Origin: Mobula hypostoma
Taxonomy: Eukaryota
Assembly (NCBI RefSeq): GCF_963921235.1
Contig: NC_086097.1
Location: 186,746,001 to 186,810,000, forward strand
Direction: 5' to 3'
Length of the DNA stretch: 64,000 nt
Part shown: piece after piece, positions 39,121-50,820 of the stretch
How positions within the stretch are numbered: position 1 is the first letter of the stretch
Layout: every line of letters begins with the position of its first letter
The notes under the pieces: model-generated
Seen by the model: only the letters and a program-made list of their open reading frames with translations
The model's database searches: none
Told to the model about the DNA's origin: nothing
Made by a program: the position numbers and the translations under genes

Positions 39121-40470
39121 ATAGACATAAGAGCAGAATTAGGCCATTTGGCCTATCAAGTCTGCTCTACTATTTCATTATGGCTGATCCATTTTTCCTG
39201 TCAGCCTCAATCACCAGCCTCTCCTGCCCCTCCCCACTGCCCCCGTATCTCTTTGTGCCATGACCAATCAAGAATCTATCAACCTCTGCCTTAAATATAC
39301 TTAAAGACTTGGCCTCCACAGCTGCCTGTGGCACAGAATTCCACAGATTCACCACTGTAGATAAAGAGATGCCTCCTCATTGCCATTCTAAAAGGATGCT
39401 CCTCCATTCTGAGGCTGTGTCATCTGGTCTTAGACTCTCCCACCGTACACATCCTCTCCACATCCACTTTATCAAGGCCTTTCTCCTTTTGATAAGTTTC
39501 AATTAGGTCAACCTTCATTGTTCGAAATACTGGTGAATACAGGCAAAGAACCATCAAGTGCTCTTCGTATGGCAAGCTGTTGAATCCTGGAATCATCTTC
39601 ATGAACCTCCTTTGAACCCTCTCTAGATTCAGCATATCCTTTCTAAGATAAGGGGCCCAAAACCATTCTCAATACTCCAAGTGAGGCCTCACCAGTCCTT
39701 TATAAAGTCTCAACATTACATCCTTGCTTTTATATTCTATTCCTCTTGAAATGAATGCTAATATCAGATTTGCTGCCTTCACTCTAGACTCAACATGCAA
39801 ATTAGCCTTTATGGAATCTGCACAAGGACTCCCAAGTCCTTTTGCATCTCAGTCTTTTGTAATTTCTCTCCCTTTAGAAAACAGTCAACCCTTTATTTTA
39901 CTAGAGTGCACGACCGTACACTTCCTGACACTGTATTCCATCTGCCATTTCTTTGCCCATTCTTCTAATCGGTCTAAGACATTCTGTAGCCTCTACTTCT
40001 TCAAAACTACTTACACCTCCACCTATCTTCATATCATCTGCAAACCTGCAACAGAGACATCAATTCCATCGTCCAAATCATTGACATATAATGTAAAAAG
40101 AATCAGTCACAATGCAAACCCCTATGGAACACCACTAGTCACCAGCCCCCAACCAGGAAAGGCTCCCTTTATTCCCCCTCTTCACCTCCTGCCAGTCAGC
40201 CACTGCTTGGTTCATGCCAGAATCTTCTCTGGAATACCACGGGGTCATAGCTTGTTAAGCAGCCTCATGTGTGGCACCTTGTCAAAGGCCTTCTGAAAAT
40301 CCAAGTACACAACACAAACCATTTCTCCTTTGTCTATCCTGCTTGTTATTTCTTCAAAGAATTTCAACAGATTTGTCAGGCAGGAATTTCCCTTGAGAAA
40401 ACCATGCTGTTTTATCATGTGCCTCCAAGTACCATGAAACCACACCCTTAACAATCGACTCCAACATCTT
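39120..40470 (-). mobile_element. CR1 LINE, degenerate
   Basis: QHGFLKGNSCLTNLLKFFEE...VYLDFQKAFDKVPH; VNLWNSVPQAAVEAKSL. Confidence 0.88.
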
Positions 40471-40809
40471 CCTCAAGACAGTAAAGATCTCCTGTTCTGT
40501 AATCTATAGGGTCCATGACTTCATTGCTGCTTTCCCTCACTTCTGTAGATCCTGTGTCCATCTCCTGAGTAATTACAGATGCAAAAAATTTATTTAAGAT
40601 CTCCCCATCTCTTTTTGATTCACCCGTAGGTCACCACTGATCTTCCAGAGGACCAATTTTATTTTTTATTCTTAATATGTTTGTAGAAGCCCTTGGGATT
40701 CTCCTTCATCTTTTCTGCTAGAGCCTCTTAGCCTTCCTGATTTCCTTGTCTTGCATTTCTTGTACTCCTCAAGTACCTCATTTGTTCCTACCTGCTTATA
40801 TCTGCTTGC

Positions 40810-42355
40810 TTTGACCATCAAAACATGATGGAACGTTCATGAACTCCCATAGCCCCCAGTGACCCTGTGATTTCAGTCTCTGGCTGATCTGAGAACATCC
40901 TTTGGGAGGTTGAACCCATGGAAAGCATCCAGCCTGGACGGAGTACCTGGCTGAGTCCTAAAGGCCTATACCGATCAACTGGCTGGAATGTTCACCAATA
41001 TCTTCAAACTATTACTTCTGTAGTCTGAGGTACCCACCTGCTTCAAGCAGGCTTCAATTATACCAGTGCATAAGAACATGATAACTTGTCTCAATGAATA
41101 TTGTCCAGTAGCATTAGAATCCGCAATGAAGAAGTGTTTTGAGGCATTCTTGGTGAGATACATCAACTCCTGCCTGAGAAGCGACTTGGATCTGCTCCAA
41201 TTTGCCTACCAGCACAATAGGTCCACAGCAGATGCCATTTCATTGGTTCTTCGTTCAACCCTGGAAATCTGGACAGCAAAGATGCATGTATCAGGATGTT
41301 CTTTATCAACTACAGCTTGGCATTCAATACTATCACCATCTCAAAACTAATCAATAAGCTTCCAGACTTTGGCCTCAATACCCCCTTGTGCAATTAGATG
41401 CTTGATTTCCTCATATGCAGACCCCAGTCAGTTAAGATTGGCAACAACATCTCCACAATCCATCAGCACAGGTGCACCACAAACCTATGTGCTTTGACCC
41501 TGCTTTATTCAATTTAAACTTATGGCTGTGTAGCTGAGAACAGCTACAATACCATATTTAAGTTTGCTGATGACACCCCTGTTGTTGGCTGGGTCAAAGC
41601 TGGAAACAGGGAGATTGAAAATCTGGTTGTGTGGTACCACGACACCAACTTCTCATTCAATGTCAGCAAAACCAAGGAGCTGATCATTTACTTCTGGAGG
41701 ATGAAACCAGAGCTCCATGAGCTAGCCCTCATTAAGAGAATCAGAGTTGGAGAGGGTCAGTAACTTTAAGTTCCTCAGTTTTATCATTTTAGAGGACTTG
41801 TCCTGGGCCCTGCATGTGTGCAATTATAAAGAAAGCATGACAGCGCTTCTATTTCCTTGGAAGTTTGCAAAGATTTGGCATGACATCTAAAACTTTGACA
41901 GACTTCTATAGATGTGTGGTGGAGATTATATTGACTGGTTGCATCACGGCCTGGTATGGACCCTTAAACAGAAAATCCAATAAAAAGTAATGGACCCAGT
42001 CCATCATGGGTAAATCCCTCCCCACTATTGAGCACATTACACAGAGTGTTGTCGCAGGAGAGCAGCATCCATCGTCAGGGACCCCCACCATCCAGGTCAT
42101 GCTCTCTGCTGCCTGCTGATGTCATGAAGAAGATACAGGAACCTCAGGACCCACACAACAGGTTCAGGATGGCAGTGATTACCTCTCAGCCATCAGGCTT
42201 TTGAAACAGTGGAGTTAACTTCACTTCATTTTCCCTCCCCATCACTGAACTGTTCCCACAATATATGGACTCAGTTTCAGGGACTCTTCATCTCAGGTTT
42301 TCAATGTTTATTTATTGTTACTATCCTTTTGTTTCTTTTCTATTTGCACAGTTTA
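40810..42355 (+). mobile_element. Rex/Babar-type LINE, degenerate
   Basis: CLNEYCPVAL...MKKCFE...DLLQFAYQHNRSTADAI; aagtttgctgatgac (KFADD). Confidence 0.82.
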
Positions 42356-42484
42356 ATATATATATTTACTTATTAATCGATTGATATACAGCACAGAAAA
42401 GGCCCTTAAGTCTCTGAGCTGCACCATTCAGCAACCCCCAATTTACCCCTAGCCTAGTCATGGGACAATTTACAATAACCAATT

Positions 42485-42940
42485 TTCTCTGGTCTCTCTG
42501 GCTATCCATCCAATAGGATGATGATGGTTCCTTTCAGTCAGTTAGTATGGTGGTACCCCACACCTCAGAAAGGAACAGCGTGTGCGTGAGTGGATTTTAG
42601 AGGAGTAGAGGGTTGCACAGGTCTATACCCACCCTCTTGACATCCCCTCCCAGATCCAGCGGCATGGTGGGGGAGGTTCTGTTGCAGTGAATGGCCAGAC
42701 CAAGCTTCGATGCAAGGGATGCCCTTTCCGCGCTTCAAGGCACGTGTTTGCTAGATGGCCGTTGACCTACGAGAGGGTTCATCCGCCCTTTGACAGGTCT
42801 TGTTTTTCATCCTGCAGGGTGTCTAGCCATTCTCCTCACCAGGCAAGCCTGGTGGGGGAGCCGGTTTAGTTGCCAACCACCCAACCATGCGACAGGTAGT
42901 ACTGGGTTACATGGTACCAGTAGCACTCAGACGAGTGACC
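42485..42940 (-). mobile_element. Non-autonomous RTE-like element inserted into a V-SINE
   Basis: 9-bp TSD TAACCAATT (42476-42484, 42941-42949); head homologous to 60530-60680; CTGA-type repeats near the 3' end. Confidence 0.7.
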
Positions 42941-43213
42941 TAACCAATTAAGCTACTAACCAATGCATCTTTTCGCTGAGGAAGGAAACTGGAGCACCTG
43001 GAGGAAATCCATGTGGTCATGGGGAGAACATACATACTCTTTACAGGCAGCAGCCCTGATACTGTAAAGCATCATGCTAGCCACGATGCTACTGGGCTGC
43101 CCATTGGTTGTTGTCTGCATATGGGTGGGTCTTCCATTGATTCTATTATGGTTCTTGGATTAACGGACTATGCCCACAAGAAACTGAATCTGAGGGTTGT
43201 ATATGGTGACGAA

Positions 43214-43753
43214 TAGTACTGTGCAAAAGTCTTAGGCACATATACATAGCTCAAGTACCTAAGACTTCTGCTCAGAGCTGTATTTGTCATTATGGAGCAA
43301 AGAGTGAATTTGTAAATCTGGGTGGAGCAAAAGATGTTGGGGGTGGTGAGGGTGGAGCGCTGTGGGAGGGGTATTGGACAGGAGGCAGAGAAGGAGTGCC
43401 AGGGTGGGGGTGGCCCAGGTGCAGATACACCAAGCCCTGAGACACCAGGCAAGGTCATTTGATTCCCAGTTGTTGGTTTATTAATCATTACAGAATATCT
43501 CTCTGGTGCTGCCTGCTTCCTCCCTTCTGCTTTCCCCCTTTTCCCAATCATGATTCTCCTCTCCTAGCCCCTTTCCCATGCTAAGTCCAGGATAGAGACT
43601 CATATAAGAATCATGTTTATCACCTCTCACATATGTCATGAAATTTGTTTTTGTGGCAACCGTACAGTGCAATACATAAAATTGCTATAGTACTGTGGAA
43701 AAATCTTGAGTACCCCAGCTATATATGTTTGCGGAGACTTCTGCACAGTACTA
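43214..43753. mobile_element. Tc1/mariner-like MITE
   Basis: Ends TAGTACTGTGCAAAAGTCT / AGACTTCTGCACAGTACTA; inserted in a Rex-type 3' tail. Confidence 0.7.
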
Positions 43754-43968
43754 TATATATACTTTGATAATAATTTATTTGAACTGTGCTATGCCCTTCC
43801 TTTTTCTTAACCAGGGCTTCAATATCTCTCAACCTGTTCAAAGTGTAGGAGAATCTTACTCAACCATCAGTTATGAAATATTGATTTATTGATTGTTCAA
43901 ATAAAATTACAAAGGTTAAAAGTGCTGCTTTGGTAGCATTTTGCTAACACCATTTTTCATTCTGATAG

Positions 43969-44082
43969 GTTTTGTATCCTGGTGCAAAGGCACTTCCGAA
44001 AATTATTGGAGGCACAGATCTGAAGGCTTATCAAACCAAAAAGAATTCAGAAATGGAAGAGTGGTTAAGACAAGAAGTGGAG
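43969..44082 (+). CDS. NBN: Nibrin exon (exon 14 equivalent)
   Basis: gatag|GTT...GTGGAG|gtatga, 114 bp; [38 protein letters not shown]. Confidence 0.96.
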
Positions 44083-44308
44083 GTATGAAGTTAGTTAGGT
44101 ATCGAAACATAAGTTTTCTACTTCTGTAATAATTACCTACTTTTATACCTACCTAATAATTGGATGGTTCTAGTTTAAGCATATGGAAGAATTAGAGCTC
44201 TTGAACCAGAGACATATAACATGCTGGCTGAAGATATTAAGCTATTGCATTGTATTTCTTTAATTTCATAAATCTCCAAAGTAAAATATTTAAAATTATT
44301 TCATTTAG

Positions 44309-44358
44309 GAACAGAGCCAGAAAGCGAAGGAAGAGAACCTTGCAGATGACTTGTTCAG
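44309..44358 (+). CDS. NBN: Nibrin exon (exon 15 equivalent, ATM-binding motif)
   Basis: tttag|GAA...TTCAG|gtaggg, 50 bp; EQSQKAKEENLADDLFR. Confidence 0.95.
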
Positions 44359-44607
44359 GTAGGGAGAAAACAATTTTGTATTTTAGACATGATGGAAAGA
44401 AAATGGTAAAAAAATATTTGCATAATTACTGGAATTTATCCAAGAAGTTTGAACTACTATTCACTAAATTAAAAAGGAAGCTGGCCACAATGAAAAAGCA
44501 AATTACTCATGCTGGAAATCTGAAATAATTCAGAAAATGCTAGAATTACTCAGCATCAGGCTTAGTTTGTTGAGAGGTAATGCTGTGGGTTTCTGACCTT
44601 TATCAGA

Positions 44608-45735
44608 GCATAGAACTGTACAGCACAGGAACAAACCCTTTGACTCACAATGTTGTGCTGAACAAATTAAGTTAGTAATCAAATGGCCAACTAAACTAAT
44701 CCCTCTGACTACAATATCTATATCCTTCCATCTCCCTCACATTCGTGTGTCTGTTTAGACATCTCTGAAATGTGCTTGATGTATCTGCCTGTACCACGAC
44801 CCTAAACAGCGTATTTCAAGCATTCGTCTGTGTTAAAAGAGAACTTGTCCCTCACATCTCCTTTGAAATCTCCCCCTCTCACCTTAAATGCATGCCCTCT
44901 GGTCTTAGACATTTCAACCCTGGGAAAAGGATACTGCCTATCTACTCTATATATGCTCTCATAATCTCTTATCAAATCTTATAAATCTCCCCTCAGCCTT
45001 TAGTGCTCCAGAGAAAATAACCCAAGTTTATCTGACCTCTCGTTACAGCACATGCCCTCTAATACAAGCAGCATTCTGGTAGACCACTTCTGTACCCTCT
45101 TCAAAGCCTCAACGTCGTTCCTATAATAGAGTGACCAGAACAGTATGCAATACTCCAGATGTGGCCTAAGTAGAGTTTTATAAAGCTGCAATATTACTTA
45201 CTGACTTTTGAACTCAATGCCTCAACCAAATAATTCAAGCATATTATATGTCTTCTTAACCACCCTATCAACTTTTGTAGCCTCTTTCAAGGAGTTATGA
45301 ACTTGAACTGAGATCCCTCTGCTCAGCATTATTGTTAAGGTACTTGCCCTTAACAATGTACTGTGTCTTTCTGTTTGATGTACCAAGAAGCAGTAGTTCA
45401 ATTCCGACCAGGTTAATCTCCATTTGCCATTTCTCTACCCATACTTCCAATTGATCTATATCTTGTTGTGTTCTTTGACAGTCTTCTATGTTATTCACAA
45501 TCTTCATATCATCTGCAAAATTACTGAATCAGCTATTTACATTTTCATCATACATCGCAAACAGCAAAGGTCCCAGTACAGATCCCTGTGGAACATAAGT
45601 AGTCACAGACCACTAGCTAGAATAAGTCCCTTCGACCACTGTGCTCTGGACCACTATGGACAAGCTGGTTCTGAATTCAAGCAGCCAATTCACCGTTGAT
45701 CCCATGCGTCTTAATTGTCTGGATAAGCCTCGCGT
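44608..45735 (-). mobile_element. CR1 LINE, degenerate
   Basis: QLYKTLLRPHLEYCILFWS; QQDIDQLEVWVEKWQME. Confidence 0.85.
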
Positions 45736-48700
45736 GTCCAACATCTTTTATTTCCAACATATGCTAGTTATCAGAACTAGCACATGTTGGAAATAAAAAA
45801 TGTTTTATATTTCAGAGGAACAGAGTGCAGATTACAAGGGGCTGTCTGTGATTAGCTGGACACCAATAGGAATGAATGACTCAAGGTATGGTAGTGTCAG
45901 TTGAGGTTGGGTAGTGAAGGCTTGTTAATCACAGCTGAGCTCTCTATAAGAAATATAAATAAGAACAGATGAGAGAGGGAAAAGTGATAGAACTATGGGA
46001 TATGAAACACTAAAAATCTGAATTAAAATCAAATTTTGGAAACATCCAGCTGGTCAGGCAGCATATGTGGAAAGAGAAGAAAATGTTCACTTGAAGTTCC
46101 TTTGTTAGAACTGGAAGAGTGAGAAAACGAAGTAATTTCATGTTGCGGAGAATATGGAAGTGTGATGAACAGGATCAGAGTTTATCTCTGAAAGATTGCC
46201 GTGGAAATAAATAAATGTGAAGTTACCTGAATAAACTAAACTATCTGAACTTCTTGCATTCTCTATTGAGTCTGGAAGTTTGCAGTGTGCCTAGATGGAA
46301 GATACAGTGCTGTTTCTTAGGTTTGTGTTGGACTTTGTTAGAACAATACAGGAGGCAATGACAGGCCAGAGTGGAAGGGAGATGAAGATTTAAAATGACT
46401 GACAACAATAAGCTCAAATATGCTCCTGCAGACTGAGTGTTGGCACTGTGCAAAGCATTATTTATATCGTGTAGTTCACTAGATCAGGAAAAGAATTTGT
46501 TGACTATTGGACCTCTGAATAGGGGTTCAGGAAGAAGTGAAAAAATATGTGTTGTATGGAAAAGGGTATCCAGTCATTAATGAATAACATGAAACAATTT
46601 TACTATTATTATTACTAGCCTGAAAAATGCTTTAAAAATGTATGGGTGAACTTTTGTAAGTCTTTTTTCTGGAAGTTAGATCATTCACATCCCAAGGAGC
46701 TCCTATAATAAAGTATAAATGAATTGAAATCAATTTTGATAGTTCTGTATTTTCTTAATAATTTTTATTTTTTTTAACTGGCACGGAAGTTTTTTTCTTT
46801 GTGGTCACATTTTGTCAACCTTCTTTATTTTATTCCATAGCTTCTTGTAGCTGTTCCATATTGTTGACTTGACACTCATGCATTTGTCTAAAAATGTCCT
46901 TGTTTGTGATTTTGTTCACATTGTTACATAGCACAATAACCAGATCATACTTGTAGCTTTTCATATTTGTATATCATGCCTAAAATGTTAGATCCTCCCC
47001 ACCACCACTGTAATCTACATCTGTTACATTTTGTCTTTTGAACTGCATTCAGTAACCCCTCCTACTTCCTAATATTTTTGTTTTGAAAAATATTTAAGGG
47101 AGATCCTAACCTATAGCCAAATCTTGACAGTGCACTTCTTCATGAGCTACGGGCTAAGTTAGTTTTGTTTCCCTAATCATCCATTTTTCTGATCTGGGAG
47201 TCACAGGAAAAACTGCCTTTTATACCCCATCCCTAGATGTTTCTAGGGATGGGGTATACGTGATCCTTTTGGAATTACTGCAGTACTGATGGGTGGGAAA
47301 TTCCACGATTTAAACCCACTAGTGAAGGAGAACTGATACGTTGTCTGAATAGTAAATTCAGATTTATTTATCATATTGAAAAATACAGTGCATTGTTTGT
47401 AGTAGGAAGGGGAACCTGAAAGTAATGGTGTTCCCTTACACTTACTGCCGCTTTCCTTGGTAGTAAAGGATGTGGGTGTAGGAGTAGCTTGACTGTGGTG
47501 CATTTTGTAATTGATGCACACTGCAGCCTTTGTGCGCAAAATTAATGTTCAGGGTAATGGATGAAGTACCAGTCAAGTGAGGGTGCAAAAGTACCAAATC
47601 AAGCGGGGTGACTTGTCCTGCTTGGTATTGAACTCCTTAAGGCGGTGTATTTCATCACAATCCTAATTTGTGCCTAATGAATGATGGAGAGGCCCTAGGT
47701 TTGTCAAGAAATGTGTGACTTGCACAAGATACCCAGATCCCTGCTGTTTTTGACATAGAGTTTGTAGCTTGTCCAATTAAATTTCTGCTCAGTGGTGAGC
47801 CCCAAGATGTTAATGTTGGAAGATCTGGTAATATTAATACATTGAAGGATTGGTGGTTGCATTCTTTTGTTGGAGGTGATCATAATGTGGCATTTTCATA
47901 TAATATTTGCCACTGATTTACCCAAGCTTAAGGGTTGTTTAATCCTGCTGCAAGCAGGTATAGAATGCTTCATTTACTGAGGAATTGCAAATGGAGTACT
48001 TCTGATATTATAATGGAAGGAAGGCCATTCGTAAACCAGTTAAAGGCGGGTATGATTGACTCCTACAAGCATCTTCCTTTGAAAATTGGCTTGAACCATT
48101 GAAATGTTTTCCTTTTGATGCCCATCAACTTCAGTTTTAACAGGACTTTTTGATGCAAACTTGCCCAAATGTTACCTTGATGCTGAAGGATCACCCTCAG
48201 CTCACCTTTGGAAATCTGTTCCTAGGTGCATTTTTGGATCGTAAGTCTTTGATGAGCAGGTGATTAATGAGTAAATGTCTCTTGATCATCACTTTGTTGA
48301 TTTTGAAAGCTGACTACTCAATTGGTTTTCCAAATTGCCTCAGTAGCCTGGCAACTATATTGGAACAGCTTGGCCAGAAGTGTAGCTGGTTCTTAAACAC
48401 AGAGCATTAGTCATACAGTTGGGATGTTCTTTGGTTCCATCCTTTGCTGTATTCAGTGCTCTCAGCCATTTCCTAATATCAGTTGGAATGAATCAATTAA
48501 CTGGCAACAGTGGTGGGATTTCTGGGTAAAGCTGAGGTCGCTTCAGGCTGAGCATGGTCTTCAGCAATTGTGTGCTGGGCCCCCAGTGTTGTTAAGATTA
48601 AAGATATTCTTGTAGCTTTCTCTTTCATTTGGCTGTTTAGTTGTTCACTTAACTACTATGCTAGGACTACAGAGTTATATGTAAGTTGATATATGTGATA

Positions 48701-49594
48701 TGTAAGTTGTGCAATTGTTCAGGTCTAATGATTGTAAACACAAGAAAGTCTCCAGATGCTGGAAATCCAAAGCAACCCATACAAAATCTGGAGAAACTTA
48801 GAAGGCCAGGCAGTATCTGTGGAAAAGAGTAAACAATCGATGTTTCGGGCCTAGGCCATTCTTCAAGACTGTGAAGGAAGGGGGGAGATGCCTGAATAAA
48901 AAGGTGAGAGAAGCTAGCTGCAAAGGGATAGGTGAAGCCAGGTAGTTGTGAAGGTCAAAGGCTGGAGAAGATACGTGGCTGTGGTAGCGGGTCTGGATTA
49001 GCACATGGTTGAAGAGTCAGAGGGCAGCAGAGATCACAGGGAGCAGTGAGAGGGGGTTTCACTGAACTCCCATCGAAGGGAAGATTTAAACTTCAGGGTG
49101 GGCATACCTTGACGTAACTTTGCAATGGAGTAGTAAATCACAAATACAAGGAAGTCTGCAGATGGCATGATGCTTTTGCTATTCATCATGGCAGCTGTGT
49201 CATTCTGGATGTAGTCAGTTCAGTTAGTAATGGTGACTGAAGTTCCCTACCCACAGTATGTTGATATCCTATTACTTTCAATGATTCTTCTAGGTCCACA
49301 GACCCCTCGGTTAATGGTAGGGGGCCGTGGCATAAAAAAAGGTGGAGAAACCCTTTTCTGGGTGCTGTTTGACAATGAAGGATGATTTGATGAATATGAG
49401 TTCAACCATGTCTGGCTGTTAAGTTTTGTGGCAGTTCCCTCAACTGAAACACTGTTCCTGAAATGGTTTTGTTGAGGAGTTTACAAGGTCAACAGGGCTG
49501 GAAGTGTCCTTACTGTGTCTTGTTGCCTAGGTTGCCTATTTTACCTCTTGACAACTACTGCAAGTCTTTAACTTTTTTGTGATGTGACGTAATA

Positions 49595-49942
49595 CAGTGG
49601 TCCCCAACCTCCGGGCCATGGACCGATACATTGCCACGAAGAATGCAGGGGTGCAGTGGTGGCTGGAACGCACCCAGCACATCTTTAAGAAAAAGCCGAA
49701 ATAAACAAGCTAATTAATTAGGTGCTGCCCGGCACGTAAATGTCGGCCCAGATCAGAGGCGACGCAATCAGCAATCGCCTCTGATCTGGGCTGACATTTA
49801 CGTGCCGGGTGGCACCTAATCAATTAGCTTGTTTATTTCGGCTTTTTTCTTAAAGATGTGCTGGGTGCGTTCGGCCACCGCTGCACCCCTGTATGCTTCG
49901 CAGATTGGTATCGGTCTGCGGCCTGGAGGTTGGGGACCACTG
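49595..49942. mobile_element. Fold-back hAT-type MITE
   Basis: TIR CAGTGGTCCCCAACCTCC at both ends; whole element is an imperfect palindrome; flanks ACGTAATA/GTGTAATA (6/8). Confidence 0.88.
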
Positions 49943-50362
49943 GTGTAATATGTCTGATTTCCCCATTCAAGCTGGGAGAGCAAGTATCTCTGTTTTTCAG
50001 GGATTTCCTGTTGGTTAATAGATTATTTTATGTAATTTCGTTCTAACTTCTGGGTGCCACAGAGGAGTTTGGTTCAAGTATTTCAGCTGTGATGGTGGCC
50101 ATATGTGAAGCAAATGTGGTGTGGCTGCTAGTAGAAACTTGAACTGTACAGCATAGGAACAGATCCTTCAGCCCGCAATGTCTTTGCTGACCATGATGCC
50201 AAATGAAGCTAATTGCCTGCACGTAAGCGTATCTCTCCATTCCCTTCATGTTCCTATATGTATCAAAATGCCTCAAAAATGCCACCATATCATGCTTCCC
50301 CAATTAGGCAGTGCATTCCATGCACCTATCACTCTCAATATAAAAACAAACTTGTCCTGTAT

Positions 50363-50564
50363 ATCAAAGTTGCTGGTGAACACAGCAGGCCAGGCAGCAT
50401 CTATAGGAAGAGGTGCAGTCGACGTTTCAGGCCGAGACCCTTCGTCAGTCTCGGCCTGAAACGTCGACTGCACCTCTTCCTATAGATGCTGCCTGGCCTG
50501 CTGTGTTCACCAGCAACTTTGATGTATGTTGCTTGAATTTCCAGCATCTGCAGAATTCCTGTTG
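50363..50564. mobile_element. Inverted Penelope-like terminal insertion
   Basis: 76-bp perfect inverted repeat; flanking duplication CTTGTCCTGTATATC (50351-50365, 50565-50579). Confidence 0.8.
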
Positions 50565-50820
50565 CTTGTCCTGTATATCTCCCTTAACATTTTTCCTCTC
50601 ATGAACCTATGCTTTCTAGTATTTGCCAATTCTACTATGGGAAAGAGACTCTGACCATCTCCCCTTAGCCTCCAATACTTGAGGGAAAACAATCCAAGTC
50701 TATTAAACTTCCCCTTATAGCTAATACTCAAATCAGGACAGCATCTTTGTGAACCTCCTTTATACCCTCTCTAAAGCCTCCATAATATTCCTGTAATGGG
50801 TTGATGAGAATTAAACAATA

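Noticed and set aside
44387..44525. ttttag|ACATGAT as the last NBN exon
   Set aside because: The intron would be only 28 nt and the peptide does not give FRY
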